This document shows positions 28,920-40,900 of a stretch of 64,000 nucleotides of DNA, in pieces. Under the pieces are notes generated by a model. The model had not been told where the DNA came from. It was given only the letters and a program-made list of their open reading frames with translations, and did no database searches. The stretch lies in assembly GCA_000004985.1 (NCBI GenBank), contig GG738858.1. The stretch is one strand, 5' to 3'. How positions within the stretch are numbered: position 1 is the first letter of the stretch; each line of letters opens with the position of its first letter. Position numbers and translations under genes: made by a program. The DNA is from Naegleria gruberi. Lineage: Eukaryota.

Positions 28920-31900
28920 NNNNNNNNNNNNNNNNNNNNNNNNNNNNNNNNNNNNNNNNNNNNNNNNNNNNNNNNNNNNNNNNNNNNNNNNNNNNNNNNN
29001 NNNNNNNNNNNNNNNNNNNNNNNNNNNNNNNNNNNNNNNNNNNNNNNNNNNNNNNNNNNNNNNNNNNNNNNNNNNNNNNNNNNNNNNNNNNNNNNNNNNN
29101 NNNNNNNNNNNNNNNNNNNNNNNNNNNNNNNNNNNNNNNNNNNNNNNNNNNNNNNNNNNNNNNNNNNNNNNNNNNNNNNNNNNNNNNNNNNNNNNNNNNN
29201 NNNNNNNNNNNNNNNNNNNNNNNNNNNNNNNNNNNNNNNNNNNNNNNNNNNNNNNNNNNNNNNNNNNNNNNNNNNNNNNNNNNNNNNNNNNNNNNNNNNN
29301 NNNNNNNNNNNNNNNNNNNNNNNNNNNNNNNNNNNNNNNNNNNNNNNNNNNNNNNNNNNNNNNNNNNNNNNNNNNNNNNNNNNNNNNNNNNNNNNNNNNN
29401 NNNNNNNNNNNNNNNNNNNNNNNNNNNNNNNNNNNNNNNNNNNNNNNNNNNNNNNNNNNNNNNNNNNNNNNNNNNNNNNNNNNNNNNNNNNNNNNNNNNN
29501 NNNNNNNNNNNNNNNNNNNNNNNNNNNNNNNNNNNNNNNNNNNNNNNNNNNNNNNNNNNNNNNNNNNNNNNNNNNNNNNNNNNNNNNNNNNNNNNNNNNN
29601 NNNNNNNNNNNNNNNNNNNNNNNNNNNNNNNNNNNNNNNNNNNNNNNNNNNNNNNNNNNNNNNNNNNNNNNNNNNNNNNNNNNNNNNNNNNNNNNNNNNN
29701 NNNNNNNNNNNNNNNNNNNNNNNNNNNNNNNNNNNNNNNNNNNNNNNNNNNNNNNNNNNNNNNNNNNNNNNNNNNNNNNNNNNNNNNNNNNNNNNNNNNN
29801 NNNNNNNNNNNNNNNNNNNNNNNNNNNNNNNNNNNNNNNNNNNNNNNNNNNNNNNNNNNNNNNNNNNNNNNNNNNNNNNNNNNNNNNNNNNNNNNNNNNN
29901 NNNNNNNNNNNNNNNNNNNNNNNNNNNNNNNNNNNNNNNNNNNNNNNNNNNNNNNNNNNNNNNNNNNNNNNNNNNNNNNNNNNNNNNNNNNNNNNNNNNN
30001 NNNNNNNNNNNNNNNNNNNNNNNNNNNNNNNNNNNNNNNNNNNNNNNNNNNNNNNNNNNNNNNNNNNNNNNNNNNNNNNNNNNNNNNNNNNNNNNNNNNN
30101 NNNNNNNNNNNNNNNNNNNNNNNNNNNNNNNNNNNNNNNNNNNNNNNNNNNNNNNNNNNNNNNNNNNNNNNNNNNNNNNNNNNNNNNNNNNNNNNNNNNN
30201 NNNNNNNNNNNNNNNNNNNNNNNNNNNNNNNNNNNNNNNNNNNNNNNNNNNNNNNNNNNNNNNNNNNNNNNNNNNNNNNNNNNNNNNNNNNNNNNNNNNN
30301 NNNNNNNNNNNNNNNNNNNNNNNNNNNNNNNNNNNNNNNNNNNNNNNNNNNNNNNNNNNNNNNNNNNNNNNNNNNNNNNNNNNNNNNNNNNNNNNNNNNN
30401 NNNNNNNNNNNNNNNNNNNNNNNNNNNNNNNNNNNNNNNNNNNNNNNNNNNNNNNNNNNNNNNNNNNNNNNNNNNNNNNNNNNNNNNNNNNNNNNNNNNN
30501 NNNNNNNNNNNNNNNNNNNNNNNNNNNNNNNNNNNNNNNNNNNNNNNNNNNNNNNNNNNNNNNNNNNNNNNNNNNNNNNNNNNNNNNNNNNNNNNNNNNN
30601 NNNNNNNNNNNNNNNNNNNNNNNNNNNNNNNNNNNNNNNNNNNNNNNNNNNNNNNNNNNNNNNNNNNNNNNNNNNNNNNNNNNNNNNNNNNNNNNNNNNN
30701 NNNNNNNNNNNNNNNNNNNNNNNNNNNNNNNNNNNNNNNNNNNNNNNNNNNNNNNNNNNNNNNNNNNNNNNNNNNNNNNNNNNNNNNNNNNNNNNNNNNN
30801 NNNNNNNNNNNNNNNNNNNNNNNNNNNNNNNNNNNNNNNNNNNNNNNNNNNNNNNNNNNNNNNNNNNNNNNNNNNNNNNNNNNNNNNNNNNNNNNNNNNN
30901 NNNNNNNNNNNNNNNNNNNNNNNNNNNNNNNNNNNNNNNNNNNNNNNNNNNNNNNNNNNNNNNNNNNNNNNNNNNNNNNNNNNNNNNNNNNNNNNNNNNN
31001 NNNNNNNNNNNNNNNNNNNNNNNNNNNNNNNNNNNNNNNNNNNNNNNNNNNNNNNNNNNNNNNNNNNNNNNNNNNNNNNNNNNNNNNNNNNNNNNNNNNN
31101 NNNNNNNNNNNNNNNNNNNNNNNNNNNNNNNNNNNNNNNNNNNNNNNNNNNNNNNNNNNNNNNNNNNNNNNNNNNNNNNNNNNNNNNNNNNNNNNNNNNN
31201 NNNNNNNNNNNNNNNNNNNNNNNNNNNNNNNNNNNNNNNNNNNNNNNNNNNNNNNNNNNNNNNNNNNNNNNNNNNNNNNNNNNNNNNNNNNNNNNNNNNN
31301 NNNNNNNNNNNNNNNNNNNNNNNNNNNNNNNNNNNNNNNNNNNNNNNNNNNNNNNNNNNNNNNNNNNNNNNNNNNNNNNNNNNNNNNNNNNNNNNNNNNN
31401 NNNNNNNNNNNNNNNNNNNNNNNNNNNNNNNNNNNNNNNNNNNNNNNNNNNNNNNNNNNNNNNNNNNNNNNNNNNNNNNNNNNNNNNNNNNNNNNNNNNN
31501 NNNNNNNNNNNNNNNNNNNNNNNNNNNNNNNNNNNNNNNNNNNNNNNNNNNNNNNNNNNNNNNNNNNNNNNNNNNNNNNNNNNNNNNNNNNNNNNNNNNN
31601 NNNNNNNNNNNNNNNNNNNNNNNNNNNNNNNNNNNNNNNNNNNNNNNNNNNNNNNNNNNNNNNNNNNNNNNNNNNNNNNNNNNNNNNNNNNNNNNNNNNN
31701 NNNNNNNNNNNNNNNNNNNNNNNNNNNNNNNNNNNNNNNNNNNNNNNNNNNNNNNNNNNNNNNNNNNNNNNNNNNNNNNNNNNNNNNNNNNNNNNNNNNN
31801 NNNNNNNNNNNNNNNNNNNNNNNNNNNNNNNNNNNNNNNNNNNNNNNNNNNNNNNNNNNNNNNNNNNNNNNNNNNNNNNNNNNNNNNNNNNNNNNNNNNN

Positions 31901-34900
31901 NNNNNNNNNNNNNNNNNNNNNNNNNNNNNNNNNNNNNNNNNNNNNNNNNNNNNNNNNNNNNNNNNNNNNNNNNNNNNNNNNNNNNNNNNNNNNNNNNNNN
32001 NNNNNNNNNNNNNNNNNNNNNNNNNNNNNNNNNNNNNNNNNNNNNNNNNNNNNNNNNNNNNNNNNNNNNNNNNNNNNNNNNNNNNNNNNNNNNNNNNNNN
32101 NNNNNNNNNNNNNNNNNNNNNNNNNNNNNNNNNNNNNNNNNNNNNNNNNNNNNNNNNNNNNNNNNNNNNNNNNNNNNNNNNNNNNNNNNNNNNNNNNNNN
32201 NNNNNNNNNNNNNNNNNNNNNNNNNNNNNNNNNNNNNNNNNNNNNNNNNNNNNNNNNNNNNNNNNNNNNNNNNNNNNNNNNNNNNNNNNNNNNNNNNNNN
32301 NNNNNNNNNNNNNNNNNNNNNNNNNNNNNNNNNNNNNNNNNNNNNNNNNNNNNNNNNNNNNNNNNNNNNNNNNNNNNNNNNNNNNNNNNNNNNNNNNNNN
32401 NNNNNNNNNNNNNNNNNNNNNNNNNNNNNNNNNNNNNNNNNNNNNNNNNNNNNNNNNNNNNNNNNNNNNNNNNNNNNNNNNNNNNNNNNNNNNNNNNNNN
32501 NNNNNNNNNNNNNNNNNNNNNNNNNNNNNNNNNNNNNNNNNNNNNNNNNNNNNNNNNNNNNNNNNNNNNNNNNNNNNNNNNNNNNNNNNNNNNNNNNNNN
32601 NNNNNNNNNNNNNNNNNNNNNNNNNNNNNNNNNNNNNNNNNNNNNNNNNNNNNNNNNNNNNNNNNNNNNNNNNNNNNNNNNNNNNNNNNNNNNNNNNNNN
32701 NNNNNNNNNNNNNNNNNNNNNNNNNNNNNNNNNNNNNNNNNNNNNNNNNNNNNNNNNNNNNNNNNNNNNNNNNNNNNNNNNNNNNNNNNNNNNNNNNNNN
32801 NNNNNNNNNNNNNNNNNNNNNNNNNNNNNNNNNNNNNNNNNNNNNNNNNNNNNNNNNNNNNNNNNNNNNNNNNNNNNNNNNNNNNNNNNNNNNNNNNNNN
32901 NNNNNNNNNNNNNNNNNNNNNNNNNNNNNNNNNNNNNNNNNNNNNNNNNNNNNNNNNNNNNNNNNNNNNNNNNNNNNNNNNNNNNNNNNNNNNNNNNNNN
33001 NNNNNNNNNNNNNNNNNNNNNNNNNNNNNNNNNNNNNNNNNNNNNNNNNNNNNNNNNNNNNNNNNNNNNNNNNNNNNNNNNNNNNNNNNNNNNNNNNNNN
33101 NNNNNNNNNNNNNNNNNNNNNNNNNNNNNNNNNNNNNNNNNNNNNNNNNNNNNNNNNNNNNNNNNNNNNNNNNNNNNNNNNNNNNNNNNNNNNNNNNNNN
33201 NNNNNNNNNNNNNNNNNNNNNNNNNNNNNNNNNNNNNNNNNNNNNNNNNNNNNNNNNNNNNNNNNNNNNNNNNNNNNNNNNNNNNNNNNNNNNNNNNNNN
33301 NNNNNNNNNNNNNNNNNNNNNNNNNNNNNNNNNNNNNNNNNNNNNNNNNNNNNNNNNNNNNNNNNNNNNNNNNNNNNNNNNNNNNNNNNNNNNNNNNNNN
33401 NNNNNNNNNNNNNNNNNNNNNNNNNNNNNNNNNNNNNNNNNNNNNNNNNNNNNNNNNNNNNNNNNNNNNNNNNNNNNNNNNNNNNNNNNNNNNNNNNNNN
33501 NNNNNNNNNNNNNNNNNNNNNNNNNNNNNNNNNNNNNNNNNNNNNNNNNNNNNNNNNNNNNNNNNNNNNNNNNNNNNNNNNNNNNNNNNNNNNNNNNNNN
33601 NNNNNNNNNNNNNNNNNNNNNNNNNNNNNNNNNNNNNNNNNNNNNNNNNNNNNNNNNNNNNNNNNNNNNNNNNNNNNNNNNNNNNNNNNNNNNNNNNNNN
33701 NNNNNNNNNNNNNNNNNNNNNNNNNNNNNNNNNNNNNNNNNNNNNNNNNNNNNNNNNNNNNNNNNNNNNNNNNNNNNNNNNNNNNNNNNNNNNNNNNNNN
33801 NNNNNNNNNNNNNNNNNNNNNNNNNNNNNNNNNNNNNNNNNNNNNNNNNNNNNNNNNNNNNNNNNNNNNNNNNNNNNNNNNNNNNNNNNNNNNNNNNNNN
33901 NNNNNNNNNNNNNNNNNNNNNNNNNNNNNNNNNNNNNNNNNNNNNNNNNNNNNNNNNNNNNNNNNNNNNNNNNNNNNNNNNNNNNNNNNNNNNNNNNNNN
34001 NNNNNNNNNNNNNNNNNNNNNNNNNNNNNNNNNNNNNNNNNNNNNNNNNNNNNNNNNNNNNNNNNNNNNNNNNNNNNNNNNNNNNNNNNNNNNNNNNNNN
34101 NNNNNNNNNNNNNNNNNNNNNNNNNNNNNNNNNNNNNNNNNNNNNNNNNNNNNNNNNNNNNNNNNNNNNNNNNNNNNNNNNNNNNNNNNNNNNNNNNNNN
34201 NNNNNNNNNNNNNNNNNNNNNNNNNNNNNNNNNNNNNNNNNNNNNNNNNNNNNNNNNNNNNNNNNNNNNNNNNNNNNNNNNNNNNNNNNNNNNNNNNNNN
34301 NNNNNNNNNNNNNNNNNNNNNNNNNNNNNNNNNNNNNNNNNNNNNNNNNNNNNNNNNNNNNNNNNNNNNNNNNNNNNNNNNNNNNNNNNNNNNNNNNNNN
34401 NNNNNNNNNNNNNNNNNNNNNNNNNNNNNNNNNNNNNNNNNNNNNNNNNNNNNNNNNNNNNNNNNNNNNNNNNNNNNNNNNNNNNNNNNNNNNNNNNNNN
34501 NNNNNNNNNNNNNNNNNNNNNNNNNNNNNNNNNNNNNNNNNNNNNNNNNNNNNNNNNNNNNNNNNNNNNNNNNNNNNNNNNNNNNNNNNNNNNNNNNNNN
34601 NNNNNNNNNNNNNNNNNNNNNNNNNNNNNNNNNNNNNNNNNNNNNNNNNNNNNNNNNNNNNNNNNNNNNNNNNNNNNNNNNNNNNNNNNNNNNNNNNNNN
34701 NNNNNNNNNNNNNNNNNNNNNNNNNNNNNNNNNNNNNNNNNNNNNNNNNNNNNNNNNNNNNNNNNNNNNNNNNNNNNNNNNNNNNNNNNNNNNNNNNNNN
34801 NNNNNNNNNNNNNNNNNNNNNNNNNNNNNNNNNNNNNNNNNNNNNNNNNNNNNNNNNNNNNNNNNNNNNNNNNNNNNNNNNNNNNNNNNNNNNNNNNNNN

Positions 34901-37900
34901 NNNNNNNNNNNNNNNNNNNNNNNNNNNNNNNNNNNNNNNNNNNNNNNNNNNNNNNNNNNNNNNNNNNNNNNNNNNNNNNNNNNNNNNNNNNNNNNNNNNN
35001 NNNNNNNNNNNNNNNNNNNNNNNNNNNNNNNNNNNNNNNNNNNNNNNNNNNNNNNNNNNNNNNNNNNNNNNNNNNNNNNNNNNNNNNNNNNNNNNNNNNN
35101 NNNNNNNNNNNNNNNNNNNNNNNNNNNNNNNNNNNNNNNNNNNNNNNNNNNNNNNNNNNNNNNNNNNNNNNNNNNNNNNNNNNNNNNNNNNNNNNNNNNN
35201 NNNNNNNNNNNNNNNNNNNNNNNNNNNNNNNNNNNNNNNNNNNNNNNNNNNNNNNNNNNNNNNNNNNNNNNNNNNNNNNNNNNNNNNNNNNNNNNNNNNN
35301 NNNNNNNNNNNNNNNNNNNNNNNNNNNNNNNNNNNNNNNNNNNNNNNNNNNNNNNNNNNNNNNNNNNNNNNNNNNNNNNNNNNNNNNNNNNNNNNNNNNN
35401 NNNNNNNNNNNNNNNNNNNNNNNNNNNNNNNNNNNNNNNNNNNNNNNNNNNNNNNNNNNNNNNNNNNNNNNNNNNNNNNNNNNNNNNNNNNNNNNNNNNN
35501 NNNNNNNNNNNNNNNNNNNNNNNNNNNNNNNNNNNNNNNNNNNNNNNNNNNNNNNNNNNNNNNNNNNNNNNNNNNNNNNNNNNNNNNNNNNNNNNNNNNN
35601 NNNNNNNNNNNNNNNNNNNNNNNNNNNNNNNNNNNNNNNNNNNNNNNNNNNNNNNNNNNNNNNNNNNNNNNNNNNNNNNNNNNNNNNNNNNNNNNNNNNN
35701 NNNNNNNNNNNNNNNNNNNNNNNNNNNNNNNNNNNNNNNNNNNNNNNNNNNNNNNNNNNNNNNNNNNNNNNNNNNNNNNNNNNNNNNNNNNNNNNNNNNN
35801 NNNNNNNNNNNNNNNNNNNNNNNNNNNNNNNNNNNNNNNNNNNNNNNNNNNNNNNNNNNNNNNNNNNNNNNNNNNNNNNNNNNNNNNNNNNNNNNNNNNN
35901 NNNNNNNNNNNNNNNNNNNNNNNNNNNNNNNNNNNNNNNNNNNNNNNNNNNNNNNNNNNNNNNNNNNNNNNNNNNNNNNNNNNNNNNNNNNNNNNNNNNN
36001 NNNNNNNNNNNNNNNNNNNNNNNNNNNNNNNNNNNNNNNNNNNNNNNNNNNNNNNNNNNNNNNNNNNNNNNNNNNNNNNNNNNNNNNNNNNNNNNNNNNN
36101 NNNNNNNNNNNNNNNNNNNNNNNNNNNNNNNNNNNNNNNNNNNNNNNNNNNNNNNNNNNNNNNNNNNNNNNNNNNNNNNNNNNNNNNNNNNNNNNNNNNN
36201 NNNNNNNNNNNNNNNNNNNNNNNNNNNNNNNNNNNNNNNNNNNNNNNNNNNNNNNNNNNNNNNNNNNNNNNNNNNNNNNNNNNNNNNNNNNNNNNNNNNN
36301 NNNNNNNNNNNNNNNNNNNNNNNNNNNNNNNNNNNNNNNNNNNNNNNNNNNNNNNNNNNNNNNNNNNNNNNNNNNNNNNNNNNNNNNNNNNNNNNNNNNN
36401 NNNNNNNNNNNNNNNNNNNNNNNNNNNNNNNNNNNNNNNNNNNNNNNNNNNNNNNNNNNNNNNNNNNNNNNNNNNNNNNNNNNNNNNNNNNNNNNNNNNN
36501 NNNNNNNNNNNNNNNNNNNNNNNNNNNNNNNNNNNNNNNNNNNNNNNNNNNNNNNNNNNNNNNNNNNNNNNNNNNNNNNNNNNNNNNNNNNNNNNNNNNN
36601 NNNNNNNNNNNNNNNNNNNNNNNNNNNNNNNNNNNNNNNNNNNNNNNNNNNNNNNNNNNNNNNNNNNNNNNNNNNNNNNNNNNNNNNNNNNNNNNNNNNN
36701 NNNNNNNNNNNNNNNNNNNNNNNNNNNNNNNNNNNNNNNNNNNNNNNNNNNNNNNNNNNNNNNNNNNNNNNNNNNNNNNNNNNNNNNNNNNNNNNNNNNN
36801 NNNNNNNNNNNNNNNNNNNNNNNNNNNNNNNNNNNNNNNNNNNNNNNNNNNNNNNNNNNNNNNNNNNNNNNNNNNNNNNNNNNNNNNNNNNNNNNNNNNN
36901 NNNNNNNNNNNNNNNNNNNNNNNNNNNNNNNNNNNNNNNNNNNNNNNNNNNNNNNNNNNNNNNNNNNNNNNNNNNNNNNNNNNNNNNNNNNNNNNNNNNN
37001 NNNNNNNNNNNNNNNNNNNNNNNNNNNNNNNNNNNNNNNNNNNNNNNNNNNNNNNNNNNNNNNNNNNNNNNNNNNNNNNNNNNNNNNNNNNNNNNNNNNN
37101 NNNNNNNNNNNNNNNNNNNNNNNNNNNNNNNNNNNNNNNNNNNNNNNNNNNNNNNNNNNNNNNNNNNNNNNNNNNNNNNNNNNNNNNNNNNNNNNNNNNN
37201 NNNNNNNNNNNNNNNNNNNNNNNNNNNNNNNNNNNNNNNNNNNNNNNNNNNNNNNNNNNNNNNNNNNNNNNNNNNNNNNNNNNNNNNNNNNNNNNNNNNN
37301 NNNNNNNNNNNNNNNNNNNNNNNNNNNNNNNNNNNNNNNNNNNNNNNNNNNNNNNNNNNNNNNNNNNNNNNNNNNNNNNNNNNNNNNNNNNNNNNNNNNN
37401 NNNNNNNNNNNNNNNNNNNNNNNNNNNNNNNNNNNNNNNNNNNNNNNNNNNNNNNNNNNNNNNNNNNNNNNNNNNNNNNNNNNNNNNNNNNNNNNNNNNN
37501 NNNNNNNNNNNNNNNNNNNNNNNNNNNNNNNNNNNNNNNNNNNNNNNNNNNNNNNNNNNNNNNNNNNNNNNNNNNNNNNNNNNNNNNNNNNNNNNNNNNN
37601 NNNNNNNNNNNNNNNNNNNNNNNNNNNNNNNNNNNNNNNNNNNNNNNNNNNNNNNNNNNNNNNNNNNNNNNNNNNNNNNNNNNNNNNNNNNNNNNNNNNN
37701 NNNNNNNNNNNNNNNNNNNNNNNNNNNNNNNNNNNNNNNNNNNNNNNNNNNNNNNNNNNNNNNNNNNNNNNNNNNNNNNNNNNNNNNNNNNNNNNNNNNN
37801 NNNNNNNNNNNNNNNNNNNNNNNNNNNNNNNNNNNNNNNNNNNNNNNNNNNNNNNNNNNNNNNNNNNNNNNNNNNNNNNNNNNNNNNNNNNNNNNNNNNN

Positions 37901-40900
37901 NNNNNNNNNNNNNNNNNNNNNNNNNNNNNNNNNNNNNNNNNNNNNNNNNNNNNNNNNNNNNNNNNNNNNNNNNNNNNNNNNNNNNNNNNNNNNNNNNNNN
38001 NNNNNNNNNNNNNNNNNNNNNNNNNNNNNNNNNNNNNNNNNNNNNNNNNNNNNNNNNNNNNNNNNNNNNNNNNNNNNNNNNNNNNNNNNNNNNNNNNNNN
38101 NNNNNNNNNNNNNNNNNNNNNNNNNNNNNNNNNNNNNNNNNNNNNNNNNNNNNNNNNNNNNNNNNNNNNNNNNNNNNNNNNNNNNNNNNNNNNNNNNNNN
38201 NNNNNNNNNNNNNNNNNNNNNNNNNNNNNNNNNNNNNNNNNNNNNNNNNNNNNNNNNNNNNNNNNNNNNNNNNNNNNNNNNNNNNNNNNNNNNNNNNNNN
38301 NNNNNNNNNNNNNNNNNNNNNNNNNNNNNNNNNNNNNNNNNNNNNNNNNNNNNNNNNNNNNNNNNNNNNNNNNNNNNNNNNNNNNNNNNNNNNNNNNNNN
38401 NNNNNNNNNNNNNNNNNNNNNNNNNNNNNNNNNNNNNNNNNNNNNNNNNNNNNNNNNNNNNNNNNNNNNNNNNNNNNNNNNNNNNNNNNNNNNNNNNNNN
38501 NNNNNNNNNNNNNNNNNNNNNNNNNNNNNNNNNNNNNNNNNNNNNNNNNNNNNNNNNNNNNNNNNNNNNNNNNNNNNNNNNNNNNNNNNNNNNNNNNNNN
38601 NNNNNNNNNNNNNNNNNNNNNNNNNNNNNNNNNNNNNNNNNNNNNNNNNNNNNNNNNNNNNNNNNNNNNNNNNNNNNNNNNNNNNNNNNNNNNNNNNNNN
38701 NNNNNNNNNNNNNNNNNNNNNNNNNNNNNNNNNNNNNNNNNNNNNNNNNNNNNNNNNNNNNNNNNNNNNNNNNNNNNNNNNNNNNNNNNNNNNNNNNNNN
38801 NNNNNNNNNNNNNNNNNNNNNNNNNNNNNNNNNNNNNNNNNNNNNNNNNNNNNNNNNNNNNNNNNNNNNNNNNNNNNNNNNNNNNNNNNNNNNNNNNNNN
38901 NNNNNNNNNNNNNNNNNNNNNNNNNNNNNNNNNNNNNNNNNNNNNNNNNNNNNNNNNNNNNNNNNNNNNNNNNNNNNNNNNNNNNNNNNNNNNNNNNNNN
39001 NNNNNNNNNNNNNNNNNNNNNNNNNNNNNNNNNNNNNNNNNNNNNNNNNNNNNNNNNNNNNNNNNNNNNNNNNNNNNNNNNNNNNNNNNNNNNNNNNNNN
39101 NNNNNNNNNNNNNNNNNNNNNNNNNNNNNNNNNNNNNNNNNNNNNNNNNNNNNNNNNNNNNNNNNNNNNNNNNNNNNNNNNNNNNNNNNNNNNNNNNNNN
39201 NNNNNNNNNNNNNNNNNNNNNNNNNNNNNNNNNNNNNNNNNNNNNNNNNNNNNNNNNNNNNNNNNNNNNNNNNNNNNNNNNNNNNNNNNNNNNNNNNNNN
39301 NNNNNNNNNNNNNNNNNNNNNNNNNNNNNNNNNNNNNNNNNNNNNNNNNNNNNNNNNNNNNNNNNNNNNNNNNNNNNNNNNNNNNNNNNNNNNNNNNNNN
39401 NNNNNNNNNNNNNNNNNNNNNNNNNNNNNNNNNNNNNNNNNNNNNNNNNNNNNNNNNNNNNNNNNNNNNNNNNNNNNNNNNNNNNNNNNNNNNNNNNNNN
39501 NNNNNNNNNNNNNNNNNNNNNNNNNNNNNNNNNNNNNNNNNNNNNNNNNNNNNNNNNNNNNNNNNNNNNNNNNNNNNNNNNNNNNNNNNNNNNNNNNNNN
39601 NNNNNNNNNNNNNNNNNNNNNNNNNNNNNNNNNNNNNNNNNNNNNNNNNNNNNNNNNNNNNNNNNNNNNNNNNNNNNNNNNNNNNNNNNNNNNNNNNNNN
39701 NNNNNNNNNNNNNNNNNNNNNNNNNNNNNNNNNNNNNNNNNNNNNNNNNNNNNNNNNNNNNNNNNNNNNNNNNNNNNNNNNNNNNNNNNNNNNNNNNNNN
39801 NNNNNNNNNNNNNNNNNNNNNNNNNNNNNNNNNNNNNNNNNNNNNNNNNNNNNNNNNNNNNNNNNNNNNNNNNNNNNNNNNNNNNNNNNNNNNNNNNNNN
39901 NNNNNNNNNNNNNNNNNNNNNNNNNNNNNNNNNNNNNNNNNNNNNNNNNNNNNNNNNNNNNNNNNNNNNNNNNNNNNNNNNNNNNNNNNNNNNNNNNNNN
40001 NNNNNNNNNNNNNNNNNNNNNNNNNNNNNNNNNNNNNNNNNNNNNNNNNNNNNNNNNNNNNNNNNNNNNNNNNNNNNNNNNNNNNNNNNNNNNNNNNNNN
40101 NNNNNNNNNNNNNNNNNNNNNNNNNNNNNNNNNNNNNNNNNNNNNNNNNNNNNNNNNNNNNNNNNNNNNNNNNNNNNNNNNNNNNNNNNNNNNNNNNNNN
40201 NNNNNNNNNNNNNNNNNNNNNNNNNNNNNNNNNNNNNNNNNNNNNNNNNNNNNNNNNNNNNNNNNNNNNNNNNNNNNNNNNNNNNNNNNNNNNNNNNNNN
40301 NNNNNNNNNNNNNNNNNNNNNNNNNNNNNNNNNNNNNNNNNNNNNNNNNNNNNNNNNNNNNNNNNNNNNNNNNNNNNNNNNNNNNNNNNNNNNNNNNNNN
40401 NNNNNNNNNNNNNNNNNNNNNNNNNNNNNNNNNNNNNNNNNNNNNNNNNNNNNNNNNNNNNNNNNNNNNNNNNNNNNNNNNNNNNNNNNNNNNNNNNNNN
40501 NNNNNNNNNNNNNNNNNNNNNNNNNNNNNNNNNNNNNNNNNNNNNNNNNNNNNNNNNNNNNNNNNNNNNNNNNNNNNNNNNNNNNNNNNNNNNNNNNNNN
40601 NNNNNNNNNNNNNNNNNNNNNNNNNNNNNNNNNNNNNNNNNNNNNNNNNNNNNNNNNNNNNNNNNNNNNNNNNNNNNNNNNNNNNNNNNNNNNNNNNNNN
40701 NNNNNNNNNNNNNNNNNNNNNNNNNNNNNNNNNNNNNNNNNNNNNNNNNNNNNNNNNNNNNNNNNNNNNNNNNNNNNNNNNNNNNNNNNNNNNNNNNNNN
40801 NNNNNNNNNNNNNNNNNNNNNNNNNNNNNNNNNNNNNNNNNNNNNNNNNNNNNNNNNNNNNNNNNNNNNNNNNNNNNNNNNNNNNNNNNNNNNNNNNNNN